Source: the human T2T-CHM13v2.0 reference genome, Homo sapiens. From it: 64,000 nt of DNA. The notes below the pieces were generated by a model. That model was not told the origin of the DNA, ran no database searches, and saw only the letters and a list, made by a program, of their open reading frames with translations. Where the stretch lies: NCBI RefSeq assembly GCF_009914755.1, contig NC_060936.1. One strand, given 5' to 3'. Below are positions 31,259 to 44,640 of this stretch, piece by piece; positions within the stretch are counted from its first letter, which is position 1; every line of letters begins with the position of its first letter. The translations under genes and the position numbers were made by a program.

Positions 31259-31739
31259 CCAGGAAAGCAGGGACTAGCAGGGAACAGCACTGCCCTGGAG
31301 GGACCAGCATGTACTAAGGCCCAAGCTGCAAGCAGCGCGGTGGGGGAGGGAAGGGGCTAAAGACTGAGCACAGTGCAGGATGTGGGGCTGGGGGGGAGGG
31401 GGCGGCAGACAGGGGTCCCCACCCAGCCCCAGGGGGGCCAAATGCGGAGCTTTGAAGCTGCCCTTGATCCTAGCCCCACTGCAAGTCAGGTGTCATGAGA
31501 GTTCCTTGGCCGCTGCCGGCATGAAATGGAGTCATATGTAGTTGATTCTCACCTGCATGGAATTCTTTCCCCTTCTCCTTTAAGTCCTAAGGAACAGGCT
31601 TCAAACCACGGTGTCGTGAAAAACCTAATTGCAATCGTGCTGGCCTACGAGGCCCCCAAACCTCCTGCTTCCTAGAACATCTGTGGGTGCACACAGAGCC
31701 CTTCCTGCAACTTGCCTTGGGCGCTTCCCTAGTCTCCAG

Positions 31740-32110
31740 GGCCTCTGGAGGGGCCCCGCCTCCCAGAATCGGGGTGTCTACCTCGCCCACCCCAGCCGCC
31801 CGCCTGTGGAGGGAGCAGCAGCTTCACGTTCACACCCCAAACTCCACAACCCCTAATTAGACACAGGCACCGCGCGAGCGGAGATGGTGGGTGAGGTTCC
31901 TGTTTAGTGAAAGTGTCATTTCATTTCTCTCCCTGCTTTTGAAACTCGCTGCTGGTAACACAGATCGGAAAAAAGAGAACGCCCACAGAAACCCGAGCGC
32001 GGGGGCAGGGTGGGCGCGAAGCAGCGAGTACACACACATACACGCCGCGTGCTCACGTGGCTGGGCTCCCCACGCAGACACACACCGCTCCCCTGCCTGG
32101 GTGGAGAGCC
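31740..32110. promoter_or_regulatory. CpG-enriched TE-free segment, candidate enhancer or weak promoter
   Basis: Clustered CpGs (cgcgcgagcg, cccgagcgcg, cacgccgcgt), GC box ccccgcc, E-box cacgtg at 32054-32059. Confidence 0.4.
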
Positions 32111-32438
32111 GGGGCCCAGGAGCCAGACATCCCGGATTCAAATCCTGCCTCATGCAAGGGGATCGGCCACTCTTGGCCTGCAGTTCCCCAACTGTAAAGT
32201 AAGGAGGACTATTTAGAATGCCCCCCTCCCCCCAACTCTTCTACCTGGCTCTGTGTCCCCTGGGGCTGACCCACATAGGCTGCATCAACAGACTCCGACC
32301 TGCCGGCCTCTGGCTGAGGTTGACCAATGGGAATCACCGGCAGCAGATGGAGGGCAGACAGGAGGAAGTAGGGGCAGTCATCCCCCGGCTCTTGCCCACC
32401 AGGGCTGAGGTTTGGGAGTGGCTGTGTCCCTCTCCTGA

Positions 32439-32764
<326 letters not shown>

Positions 32765-32785
32765 TAGCCTGTTCTTGCAACTGCC

Positions 32786-33268
32786 TGTATCAGTCTTCTG
32801 TTGCTGCTGTAACAAATGGCCACAGACACAGTGGCTTCAGGACACACATTTATCATCTCCCAGCTCTGGAGGGCAGAAGCCCTACATGGGTCTCACTGGG
32901 TTAAAATCAAGGCATCAGCAGGTGTGCTCCCTCTGGAAGCTCCAGGGAAGAACCTGTTTCTTGCCTTTTCTGGCTTCTGGGGGACACCTGCCCTCCTTGG
33001 ATTATGGTCCCTTCCTCTGACTTCAAGGCTGGCAGTGTAGCATCTTCAAATCTCTCTGACTCTGACCTCCTCCTTCCACTATTAAGGACCCCGGTGATGA
33101 CACTGAGCCTACCTAGGTAATCCAGGATAATCTCATCTCAGGGCCAGCTGATTAGCAATCTCAATCCATCTGCCTCCCTATTTCCCCTTGCCATGTAATC
33201 TGACATAGTTGCAGGTTCCAGAAATTAGGATGCGGACATCTCTGCAGACCATTATCCTGCCTCCCACC
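32786..33268 (-). mobile_element. MLT1C/D-type LTR
   Basis: tgtatcagtcttctgttgctgctgtaacaaat...ctggaagctccagggaag...cattatcctgcctccca. Confidence 0.75.
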
Positions 33269-34110
33269 GGACCCTCACTGGTTCTAGGCTCTATCCACTC
33301 TCCTGCTCCTTCAGGATTAAGACTACTAAGGGGGTCCCATGGTGCCACCCCCTCAGTGCCACACACCCCCCCTACTGTTTCCATAAATCCCACCCACCCC
33401 CCTATAATCATCCCTTCATTTCATCACCTCAATGGCCCCCATTTGAGCTGTCACCTGCAGGGACCTAATTAGTGCAGATAGTGAGATACTTGCCTTTTCC
33501 AGCTGAGGAATAAAGGACACATCACACATACCTGTCAGCCCCTCAGGCTGGTGCCTGGCACACGGCAAATGCTCAGCCACCTTTACAATCATAGTGTTTT
33601 ATTTCTCTCACTAGATGCAGGCCCCCTTGTAAGTGGGAACTATGTACTGTTCTCTCATTTTTACTAGCCTTTGGCCTAGCTGCTGACAAAGAATTTCCAA
33701 TCAATTTATTCATTCAACAAACATTTATCGAGCCCCAGCTAGACTCTGAGAGACAGAAATGAGATGATCTGACACCAACAACAAACAAACTTGCCCTCAG
33801 GAAGCTTCAAATCTAGTGAGGGAGACAACAGTTATACCAGTCATCATATAAACACACAATTACAAGATCACATCTCCTCCCAGATTCTCATGGAGGGCCT
33901 CCTCTGGACCAGCCAAGGCACTGGGCTTTTCAGGAGTACAGAAGTGAGGGAGGTATAATCCCTGCCCTCAAGATGTTGATAATCCCGTAAGGAAACAATT
34001 GGTGAAACAATCCTATAAGGAAACAATAAGTCCTACGCAGCCAGGACAATAGCAGCCAGCACTAGGCAGTGTCCACGGGTTTGTGCAGGCAAGCCTCACT
34101 TCAGTGAGGC

Positions 34111-34720
34111 AGTGGAGAGTGAACTCAGCAGGCCTGGGTTGTCCAAACCCTGCACATTCCAAAGAAAAGAATGGACCTTGATCAGCTCTGGACATAACCT
34201 TCACACCCTTGGAATATCATGCCTGATATGAGTGTCTTTGTATCTGGGCCAGGGGCCACACCACGTGGTTGATGCTAACAACCTGACTATATTGAATGCC
34301 TGTTTTCATTTGCCTGGTGCCCTGAGCCACACAGAATATTTGACCACTGTAGGGGCTGGAGAGTGAGTAACTGAGGTCAGCTACGTGGATGCTCCATGCC
34401 TATGTGCCTGACCCCCAATAAAAACCCTGGACACTGAGGCTCAGGCGAGCTTCTCTGGTTGGCAATTCTTTGTGTGTGTCATCACACAGTTTCTGGAAGA
34501 GATAAGTGCTGTTCATGCAACTCTGCTGGGAGAAGATAGCTGGGAGCTTGTGCCTGGCTTCTCCTAGCCTCTGCCCTGCACACCTTTTCCCTGTGCTGAT
34601 TCCTGTCTGTGTCCTTTTGCTGTAATAAACCATAGCTACAAGTATGACAGCTTTCTGAGTTCTGTGAGTCCTTCCAGCAAGTCCCTGAACCTGAGGGTGG
34701 CCTGGGGGACCCGTGACACA
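34111..34720 (+). mobile_element. MER77-like solo LTR (MER21/MER68 group)
   Basis: aactcagcaggcctgggttgtccaaaccctgcacattccaaag...gtaataaaccat...gggggacccgtgacaca. Confidence 0.7.
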
Positions 34721-34754
34721 GACCCTACAGACCCTATAAGGCCCCTATATATAG

Positions 34755-35041
34755 TTTTTGAGACAAGGTCTCACTCTGTCACCCAGGCTGGAGTGCTGCA
34801 GTACAATCACAGCTCACTGAAGCCTCAACCTCCTGGGCTTAGGTGATTCTCTCACCTCAGCCTCCCAAGTAGCTGGGACTACAGGTGCATGCCCCACATC
34901 TGGCTAATTTTTGTATTTTTTTGTAGAAACGGGGTTTCACCATGTTGCCCAAGCTGGTCTCAAACTCCTAGGCTAAAGCAATCGACCCACCTTGGCCTCC
35001 CAAAGCTCTGGGATTACAGGCATGAGCCACCATGCCCAGTC
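34755..35041 (-). mobile_element. AluJ
   Basis: Antisense Alu; TSD cccctat. Confidence 0.9.
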
Positions 35042-35078
35042 CCCTATGAGACCCCTATTTTACAATCAGGGAAATCAA

Positions 35079-35398
<320 letters not shown>

Positions 35399-35824
35399 AA
35401 TCTGGGAAATCAAAGCCAAATGGTTTAAGTGATGGCCCCACAGTCACATAGGAAGCAGCAGAGCTGGGGTTTGAATTCAGGTAGCCAGGCTTGCAGTCTG
35501 GCCTTGCCATGCCACTGGGTGCTAACAGACTGTGGTCAGAAAGAAGGAGGGTCCAGTCTGCCTGAGGCATTAGGAGCCACTTGGCAGGGGTGGGAGGATT
35601 AATTTGCATAGGACCCTAAAAATCAATAGTTACACCTTTTTTTCCTAATCATAGGTGAAATAGGTATTCTTTATTGAAAAAAAGCAAGCAATAAATAAGT
35701 TGTGTTTGGCACAAAATGGACCCCTCTCTTAATTTGAATTCCAAAGACAACTGCCACCAACAGCCTGGAATGTGTCCTTCAGTACCTTTCTCTACACGCA
35801 AACACGTACCTGAGCTAAAGCACT

Positions 35825-36270
35825 ATATTACTTCCTATTACTGATGTAACAAGTGATCATAAACATAGCAGCTTAAACAACACCAGTATATTCTCTTATT
35901 GTCTGGAGGTCAGAAGTCCGAGATCGATTTCGTTGAGCTAAGCAAGACGTCAGCAGGACCGGTTCCTTCCAGAGGAGAAGCATTTCTTTGTGTTTTGTGG
36001 CTTCTGGAGGCACCTGCATTCCTGCTCTCGTGAGCCCGTCCTCGCATCCCTACAACCTCTTGCTTACAGAGGTCACAGCTTCTGCCTTCTGCTTTCTCCT
36101 ATAGTCAAATCTCCCTCTTACAAGGACAATTATGACTATGTTTAGGGCCCAGGATCATCTCCCCATCCCAAGATCTGTAACTGAATCCCATCTGTGAAGT
36201 TTCTCGTGCCATGTAAGTTTCGGGGATCAGGACATGGATGTCTTTGGGGACAGGATTCTGCCCACCCCAT
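35825..36270 (-). mobile_element. MLT1C/D-type LTR
   Basis: ttcctattactgatgtaacaa...tctggaggtcagaagtcc...ccaggatcatctccccatc. Confidence 0.7.
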
Positions 36271-38879
36271 ACCCTGCCTGCAGCCCCGCTGCTTGCCTTT
36301 CCCACCCCCTTCGTCGGCCTCTCTGTGCCAGCATGAGCGGACCTGCCTCATCCTTTCCACTGGATGAGCCCTTACACAGCAGCTGCCTATTAAAGGCAGG
36401 GCCAGCTGTGTTCACAGGGAAACGGGTCAGAGTTCTGACGCCCCTGGGAGCTGAGAGGAAGGAGCTGGCTGGTCCCTGCAGTCCAGGAGAAACTGAGAAA
36501 GAGCTCTGGAAAGGACTGAGTCTGCCTATGGCCAAAACCTCCCCTGGAGGCACTTCCAAGTTTCCCAGGTTCCCCAAGCCAGAGATGGCTGGTGCAATGT
36601 GTGAATTGACACCAAAGCTGGGACTTGGGGACAAAGGTGGCATAAAAGTGGAGGCCAGAATGCACTGGGAAAAAGCACCCTTATTTTGAGGTCATAGCCA
36701 TGTACAGACCAGCGGGTGTCCAAAGGGACCTGCTTAAAACTTAATAGCTTCCTTAACCTTTACACTCACATTTCCACACTCATCCTCATGCTGCGTGCAC
36801 AGGTTATGCTTTGACTGCTCCTCTAGCATCCCCCTGCCCATGCACCAGGCCTGTTAATTTATATTCTTGTTACTTGGTTCGTTCTCTTGTTTGACCTTCC
36901 AGGCCCCTGTCTAACAGATGGGTTATTTTATACATCAAAATGGAGGTTCAGAGAGTCAAATTGAGGAAAGAGGTTCAGAGAGGTTAGGCAACTTGCGCAA
37001 GGGCACACAGCCAGGAAGTCGCAGATCTGGTTTCGGATACACTGCCTCAGTTCCCTATCAGAGAGCTCTCTGGTGAGGACCAGAGATTAAGCTAGCATCC
37101 TAGGGAAGTCCAGATGGGAACTAGTGTCCTCTGTCATTTTTCTGCTATCAGCAGAGGGTCTTGGGCTCTGGGTTTGACACCCATCTGGCTACCTCCAGAT
37201 TGATCTCCAGCTGGGAGGCAGAGGTGTCCCCACCCGTCCAAGGTCACCAGGGTCATGACTGTCTAGACAAGATGTGAAATGTCCCCTTCCTCTTGGCCCC
37301 ATGTTTGCCTGTGGCCTGAACTGCCTCCCGCATCTGCTGGTGAAGTCACATCCTTAGAGCCCTGGGGTGGGCACATGAGGTCATCCTGGCAGGCTCGAGC
37401 CAGCCCGTGCCTGCCCCCACCCCCCGCTGCAGCTGCCTGGTCCCACCCCGCAGAGGGATCAGGTTTTGGGGAGGGAAGAGGCTAAAACCAGCTCCCAGGA
37501 TGGGAGACTTGGGAGCTCTGGTCAAACCATCCCTTTTCCTCTCCCATCCCAGACCTGGGGGAGAGACTGGGGTGCCACGAGGGCAGGAGTGACCAACTCC
37601 ATCCAGGTTTGCCTGGGGCCATCCCAGTCTTAGTACCATGAGTCCTGTGTCCCAGGAACACCCTAGTCTGGAGCTCACGGAGGCAGCTGTGGACCCACCC
37701 GTATGGGGTTGTGGAGTTTCTCTTTCATTCCTCCTGGGAAAAGGCCTGTCCACCAGCCTCACACCCTTGCAACCCACTGGTGTTTCTGCGAAGGGTGGAG
37801 TGGGGAAAAGCGTATGTGTCTGCTCGCCTGTGTAGCCTTGTACAAACACTTACACCCCAACCTCAGTTTTGTCTTCTGGAGAATGGGGATAAGGATGCTA
37901 CCCTCCTGGCAGAGCTGCTGAGAGGCTTAAAGGAGGGAGAGATTGTAAGTGGCCAGCAAGGGAGAGCTTTTATAAAGAACAGCACAGAGGGGAGATGGCA
38001 GGCAAAGCAGAGTGAGTGCTGGGGACATTCTGCAAGTGGAGGTGGCCACGGGCAGGGGCGGGTGCTGGTTGTGTGCCTAGAGTGTGCCAGGCCCACACGG
38101 GCTGTGTTCTCGGTTCACCCTCAGAGCTACCTAGGAGGGAACCCATGTAGTTCATGAATGTCATTACCCCCATTTTATGGATAAGGAAACTGAGGCTCTG
38201 GGGGCAGCCAGCAAGGGGCAAAGCCCTGCCCCCACCTGGCAGCAGCTGTCTTTGCAGATAGGAGCCTGCAGTGCAGGGGAGAGAAGGGACCCGTTTTTCC
38301 CGTCTGTTGCCCCGTCGTCACCTAGAGACCCAGAGGTGCTCGATGCTGGCAGCAGGAGCACCTGTGGGGCCCCAGGGCCAGGATGCCCTCCCAGACTCTG
38401 CCACCCACACCAGTGACTCCATCTTGGAGGTGGGAGCCTGTTTCCTCCTCTATAAAATGGGGATGAGGCCACTGAAGCAGTTGAAGGGAAGTTTCAGTGA
38501 CCACCCGTGGCCAGCGCCGAGCCACGCAGGCTGGGGCACCCGGGGACTCCATGTGAGTGGCCAGGGTTGGAATCCTGATGATCCTGGGGACCTAGGGACA
38601 CCTGCAGGGGACTGCAGCTCCCCCACCGCCTCCCAGCTGGGTGGGGCGTCTCTCTGTGCTCCCCCCATTACGGGCCACGGGCCACATCGTTCTGAGCTGT
38701 AACTTCCTGCTTACTCCTTGCTACACGCCTGTCTCCCTCCCTGCTGGGTCGCTGCAGGCAGATGCTTATTCGGGAGCTGGAGTCCAGGCTTCACCTCCTG
38801 GAGCCCTGTCCCCACCTTGGAGCAGTAGGGACAAAGCAGGTGTCCCCTCCCACACCATGTCCTGGACGACTCCCTAGAC

Positions 38880-39345
38880 CAGGGATTCTCAAAGTGAGGT
38901 CTGAGACTCTTGGAGGGATCCACAGGGTCCTTCTTTTCCTTCCCTACATCTCTGTGAGGTCGGGTTTTCTTCATGTCCTTCAACCAAAACGCCAAGTCAC
39001 ACCAGACCGGATGCAAAAGCAGATTTGGGAATCCAGCTCTCTTCTAAGGGACTGGACGTGAAAGAGGTTTGCAAAATTGTGAAACATACGATGCCACTCT
39101 CTTCTCACTATTTCTTTATGTTTGGGAAAAAAATGTTATCTTTCTTAAAATATATTACTCAACATATTAAGGAGCATAAAATTGTTCTTTTAAAATAAAT
39201 GCATGTTTTGAAATTTTATCATGTTAATCTCTAATGCAGTAAATACTGATAAATAGAACCCACATAAACAAAAGCCCTTTTGGAGTCCTCAGTAATTTTT
39301 AAGGGTGTCATAGGGTCTAGGGGCCAAACAGTCTGGGAACTGCTC
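38880..39345 (+). mobile_element. Charlie1-type hAT deletion derivative
   Basis: TIR-like ends cagggattctcaaagtg / gtctgggaactgctc; TSD ccctagac/ccttaaac; aacccacataaacaaaagc motif. Confidence 0.7.
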
Positions 39346-39393
39346 CCTTAAACAGCAATCTTACTTGATCCTTAAATTAAAATGGCTAACAGC

Positions 39394-39714
<321 letters not shown>

Positions 39715-40079
39715 TCACACTTTCTATGCACCTGGCATTGTCTGAACCTTGTGCATGGACAGTTGTACAGAGACATACACATAGATACTATCTAACAGCA
39801 CACGAACCCTCTGAGGTGGGTTTCAATTACCCCATTTTACATATGGGGAACTCAGGCTCTAAGTGGCCCCTTAACCACCAGGGGCCACTGCCTCTGGGGA
39901 AGCCCCCCCACTGGGACCCTCAAAGTCTGTTTCAGGAGTGGCTGAGATTCCAGGACAAACCACCTGGAATTCTCAAAGTTGGCCCCCACCTTGGAAAATC
40001 CCCTGAGGCTCACTGGCCCAGACTACCTTGGGGGACCCCAAACCCTGGCATGTCCTGGTCACTTGCTCTGAAGGAAGCC

Positions 40080-40455
40080 TGGCCACTGCTCACTCACCCA
40101 CCTCCCGCCACACCAGGCCTCCGGCTTTTCCGTGCTGCTCTTCGGACACCCAAACTGTGCCAGCCTCGGGGCTTTTGCACCTGCTGTTCCCTCCCGCCGG
40201 AATGCCTTTCCTCCACGTGGGGCCCGTCATCGTCCCTGGCCTCTCATGTAAAATAGCAGCACCCTCTCCCACTCGTCTTCCCCTCCACCCTTTCGCTGCT
40301 ATTTCCTGTGTGACACTCGGCACTATGGGACATTGTGTTGTGGATGCACTGGTTCAGGGGTTCAGTGTCTGTCTCCCTGTGGAAATCTAAACCCGGTAAG
40401 AGCCCAGGCACAGCAACAGGTCCCAGCATGGTGGACTCAGTGAGTGGATGAACAG
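40080..40455 (+). mobile_element. L2 3' fragment
   Basis: gcctcggggcttttgcacctgctgttccctc...ggaatgcc. Confidence 0.6.
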
Positions 40456-41749
40456 GATACGGGGACAGGAGAGTCACGCCTGGCTACAGGGACGCCCATC
40501 CACCTCCTCCAGCCTGGCTGACCGGCGCCGTGCTGGCCTGCTGCCCAGACTTGCCAGATCTTTCGATTTTTCAAAAGAAGCTGAACATCCAGATTTTTAT
40601 GTAAAATCTTTTTTTTTTTTCACTAGCAACTTATTCAAATTAACAAAAAGAAAAAAACAGCTTGGTGAGCCAAACCTTATGTAGATAAACTCAGTTTGGC
40701 TAATCAGACTCGCCTTGCCTTCTAAGGGGAGGTGACATTTGAACAAGACTGGAAAGCCTTCAGAGCTAGGCGCAGGCCAAGCAGGGGAGGAGGGGAACAG
40801 GGTCGTGCCAGGCCAGCTGGGGCTGGGTTGTGGGGAGCATTTGAGAGGTCCGCACTCCGTGGACAGGCCCGTCACCCTTCCCCTTGGCTTCGGAAGTCTC
40901 CCCACCTCCCCCCGACCCCAGGCCCAGCTGGCTGCAAGCCATACACTTGAAGCATATGCGTGGAGTGTTTTGAGAAACGGAACACACAATACATCGCAAA
41001 TAAGGCTGCTTCTCCGTCTGGCTGGGACACATCTCCACGCTCCGCCAGATGGTCCCCCGCCGCCTCCCCAGCTGAGGCCGGGGCTTTGTGAGGTTGCATT
41101 CTGCGTAGAGGCTCCTCTCCATTCTGCAAGAGGCTGCTGGGAAGCTCTCTCCCCGGGGTGGCCGGGAGGATTTTTCTTGGCCCACAGACAGGAAGGCTGA
41201 TTCAGCCGGGAACCTTCTTCTGCATTCAGAACCCCCACAGCTCCATCCTCCTCCATCCCCTGCCCACCACGCTCCATCCCCCACCAGCCCCCATGACCCA
41301 GAGCCCCAGTGCGCTGGTGTTTATTGCTAATTGTTTTCAGACAGATGGTGTGGCCCAGAGTCTAATTCCCCAGGCTAGGGGGCGGGGGATGCTAGAGGAG
41401 AAGGCCGTGACCTTGACCACTTGCATTCTTGAAGAAAATGTTTGGCCCAGCCTGGGAGGCGGGGCGGTGGGCAGTGATGGCTAGGGCTTACAGAGGGGAA
41501 GTTTCAGGGCTTTGAGAAGGGAACAGGGGAGTAGGAGGAGGCTTTGAAATGTGGGAAACAACCCTGCAGCCCCAAGGGCTGATAAAGCTGGCTGGAGAAT
41601 GGCCCCACCTTCAGGAAGCCCTCTGGGATTGAAGCCTGCGAGGCAGGGAGAATTCCTCCTGCAGGGTTGGATTTAGGGATGTGGGGAGTAGGGGATTTGT
41701 GGGGAGGGTGGAAGACCTCCCCACAATTTAATAAGGAGCCTCACTTTTT

Positions 41750-42039
41750 TTTTTTTTTTTGAGACAGAGTCTCACCCTTTTGCCAGGCTAGAGTGCAGTG
41801 GCGCGATCTCGGCTCACTGCAACCTCTGACCCCCTGGTTCAACCAATTCTCCTGCCTCAGCCTACTGAGTAGCTGGGATTGCAGGCACGCACCACCAAGC
41901 CCAGCTACTTTTTGTATGGTTTGTAGAGATGGGGTTTCACCATGTTGGCCAGGATGGTCTCGATCTTCTGACCTCGTGATCCGCCCGCATTGGCCTCCCA
42001 GAGTGTTGGGATTACAGGCGTGAGCCATTGCACCCAGCC
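41750..42039 (-). mobile_element. AluSc-like
   Basis: ggccaggatggtctcgatc...acctcgtgatcc; perfect TSD aggagcctcacttttt at 41734-41749 and 42040-42055. Confidence 0.92.
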
Positions 42040-42629
42040 AGGAGCCTCACTTTTTAATGTAATTTCAACATGATCTGAAGGCTTACAGAGCCACCAACAT
42101 TTCACTAGATCCCATGAGTCTGCCAAGCTGAATGAAGACCCCAAATTACAGATGAGAAAAAGAGGTGGCCTGTGAGGTGAGATGGCTTGCCTTAGGTCAC
42201 ACAGTCCACAAAGATCCATTGAGCTGTCACTCTGTGCCTGGTGGGAACACAGCCATGGCAGAGGACAGGAATGACAAAGTCCCTGTGTTCAGACTGGATA
42301 GGTTTGTACAGGTTTGTGAGAGGAGACAGACACAACTACAAAGAAATACGTTCAGAAACGGAAAGGACTAGAAAGACAAAAAACTAGGGAACAGGGTAGG
42401 CAGGGATCTCTGGAGAAGATCAGAGAGGGCTTCTTGGAGGAGGCAAGCTCAAACATCAAGCCTTGAAGGCAGAGTTGAAACAAGCTGTGTCTACATCTCA
42501 AAACAGAGAGAAAGCCAGTGCAATGGCCCTGGGGTATGGATGAGCTTGTTGTGTCCAAGGAGGGGAAGCGTGGCCCCGGAAGCCATGATGGGGTGTATAC
42601 AGAGCTGAGATTATAAAGCCCCTTCACCA

Positions 42630-43026
42630 ATATCATTGAACACCAAATGCACCCACGACTAGAGAGCCAGCATCAGCATGATACCAAAACAGCGTGTTGC
42701 TCAACATCAGGTTATTTCAAGTTGCTTTCTTTGTAAGGGTTAAAGCAGAAGGGGTTCTTTAGGCTGGCTCAGGTTGACTGGGCCCTCCTTGATTGGTTGC
42801 TGTGAATCTCCAGTCTATTAGAAAAATTGCCCCCATTTCTTCTATTTCTGCTTATTTTTTTCTTTCTTTTTTGTTTTTAGAGACAGGTCTCTGTCACCCA
42901 GGCTGGGGTGCAGTGGCACAATCATAGCTCACTGCAGCCTCAACCTCCTAGGCTCAAGTGATCCTCCCACCTCAGCCTCCTGAATATCTGGGACTACAGG
43001 TGTGCAATGCCTCGCCTGGGTAATTT

Positions 43027-43081
<55 letters not shown>

Positions 43082-43338
43082 TTGTTTTGTAGAGATAAGG
43101 TCTCATTATGTTGCCCAGGCTGGTCTCAAACTCCTGACCTCAAGCAATCCTCCTGCCTTGGCCTCCCAAAGTGCTGGGATTACAGACACATAAGCCACTG
43201 TGCCCAGCCCAAACTACCCCCATTTCCAAGCTCAGTTTAATTACACGGCACCTGCAGGAGTGGCTCCGTTCTTGGTCTGCTGGGGCCTAGAGCAGGAGCT
43301 CAGTCCAAAACGAGGGCCTCACATAAATTTTATTTACC
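42630..43338 (-). mobile_element. ERV1-type LTR (LTR37/MER31-like) split by an Alu
   Basis: ggggcctagagcaggagctcagtccaaaac...cataaattttattta terminus. Confidence 0.5.
42841..43209 (-). mobile_element. AluJ with its mid-A region expanded to (TTTA)n (43026-43082)
   Basis: TSD aaa(t/c)t(g/a)cccccatttc. Confidence 0.9.
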
Positions 43339-43339
43339 A

Positions 43340-44150
43340 GCTATGGAGGAAAATAGAGCAAGGAGGGTGGGAGAAATCAGGGGGACTCAGGTGTGACCTT
43401 AAATAGGAAGGTCAGGGAAGGGCTGCTGGAAAAGCAGAAAACAATCGAGAAAAGACCTGTAGGAGATGAGGAAGTGAGGCAGGCAGGAATGACGGAAGGA
43501 AGGAAGAGACTGATATGAGGTCCCTGGAGTAGCCAGATTCATAGAGAATTTCTGTCTCTGTGAATCTGGCTACTCCAGGGACCTCATATCAGTGGAATCT
43601 GACAGTATTTGTCCCTTTAAAACTGGCTTATTCTACTCGATATAATGTCTTCAAGGTTCATCCACATTGTAGCCTGTGTCAGAATGTCCTTCCTTTTTAA
43701 GGCTGAGTAATATTCCATTCTTTCTGGAAGGAAGGGCTTTCCAGAAAGAGGGAGCAACTGGTGTGCAAAGGTCCTGGGGAAGGTGTGTGCTTGGTATGTT
43801 CAAGGAGGCCAGAGCAGATGAGGCAGAGAGGGAGAGGGAGAGGAGGGGGCACTGAGCCTCGGGACACAGCAGAGGGTGAGGGAGTAGACCCCGCAGGGCA
43901 TCGTGGGTTGTGGTAAGCACTGGCTTTTCCTCCAGGGACAAGGGAAATTGTTATAGGTGTTTGAGCAGAGGAGTGGCTTGTCTTGACTTAGGTCTAGCAG
44001 GATCCCTTTGGCTGCCAAGTGGAAAATCAACTGTGGGAATGAAGGCTGAGAGGCCGTCGAGGAGACTACTGCACCTGTCCAAGCCAGAGATGATGCTAGC
44101 TGGAGCCAGGGGAGGCAGCGGGCTGGAGAGAAGTGGTCACAGTCATGACA
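43340..44150 (-). mobile_element. L2 fragment interrupted by the hairpin/duplication insert (43509-43719)
   Basis: aaataggaaggtcagggaagg...|...ttccagaaagagggagc...gcaaaggtcctg...ttgagcagaggagtgg. Confidence 0.7.
43509..43593. repeat. Near-perfect inverted repeat: 39-bp arms, 7-nt spacer
   Basis: Left arm actgatatgaggtccctggagtagccagattcatagaga; right arm tctctgtgaatctggctactccagggacctcatatcagt; 38/39 complementary. Confidence 0.97.
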
Positions 44151-44154
44151 GATT

Positions 44155-44640
44155 TTTTTAAATTGTAGTAAAATACACATAACATAAAATGTATCATCGT
44201 AACCCTTTTCAAGCATTCAGTTCAGTGGCATGAAGGGCCTTCACACTGTTGTGCAGCCGTCGTCACCATCTGTCTGCAGAACTTTTTCATCTTCCCCAAT
44301 TAAAACTGTCTCCATGAATCACAGCCCTGGCACTCACCATTCTACCTTCTGTCTCTATGAATCTGGCTACTCCAGAGACCTCATATCAGTGCAAACTGAC
44401 AGTATTTGTCCTTTTATGACTGGCTTATTCTACTCACTATATTGTCTTCAAGATTCATCCACATCGTAGCCTGTGCCAGAATGTCCTTCCTTTTCAAGGC
44501 TGAGTAATACTCCATTGTCTGGATAGACCATATTTTGTTTAACCATCATCCATTGACGGACACTCTGGTTGCCTCCACCTTTTGGCCATTATGAACACTG
44601 CTGCTGTGAACACAGGTGTGCAAATATCTCTCCCAGTCCT
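44155..44640 (-). mobile_element. L1MB-type 3' end (donor of the 43550-43719 copy)
   Basis: aattgtagtaaaatacacataacataaaat...acaggtgtgcaaatatctc. Confidence 0.85.

Noticed and set aside
40597-41284. Overlapping 150-226-aa ORFs in unique GC-rich DNA
   Set aside because: Open in several frames on both strands, low-complexity composition, no domain or splice support.
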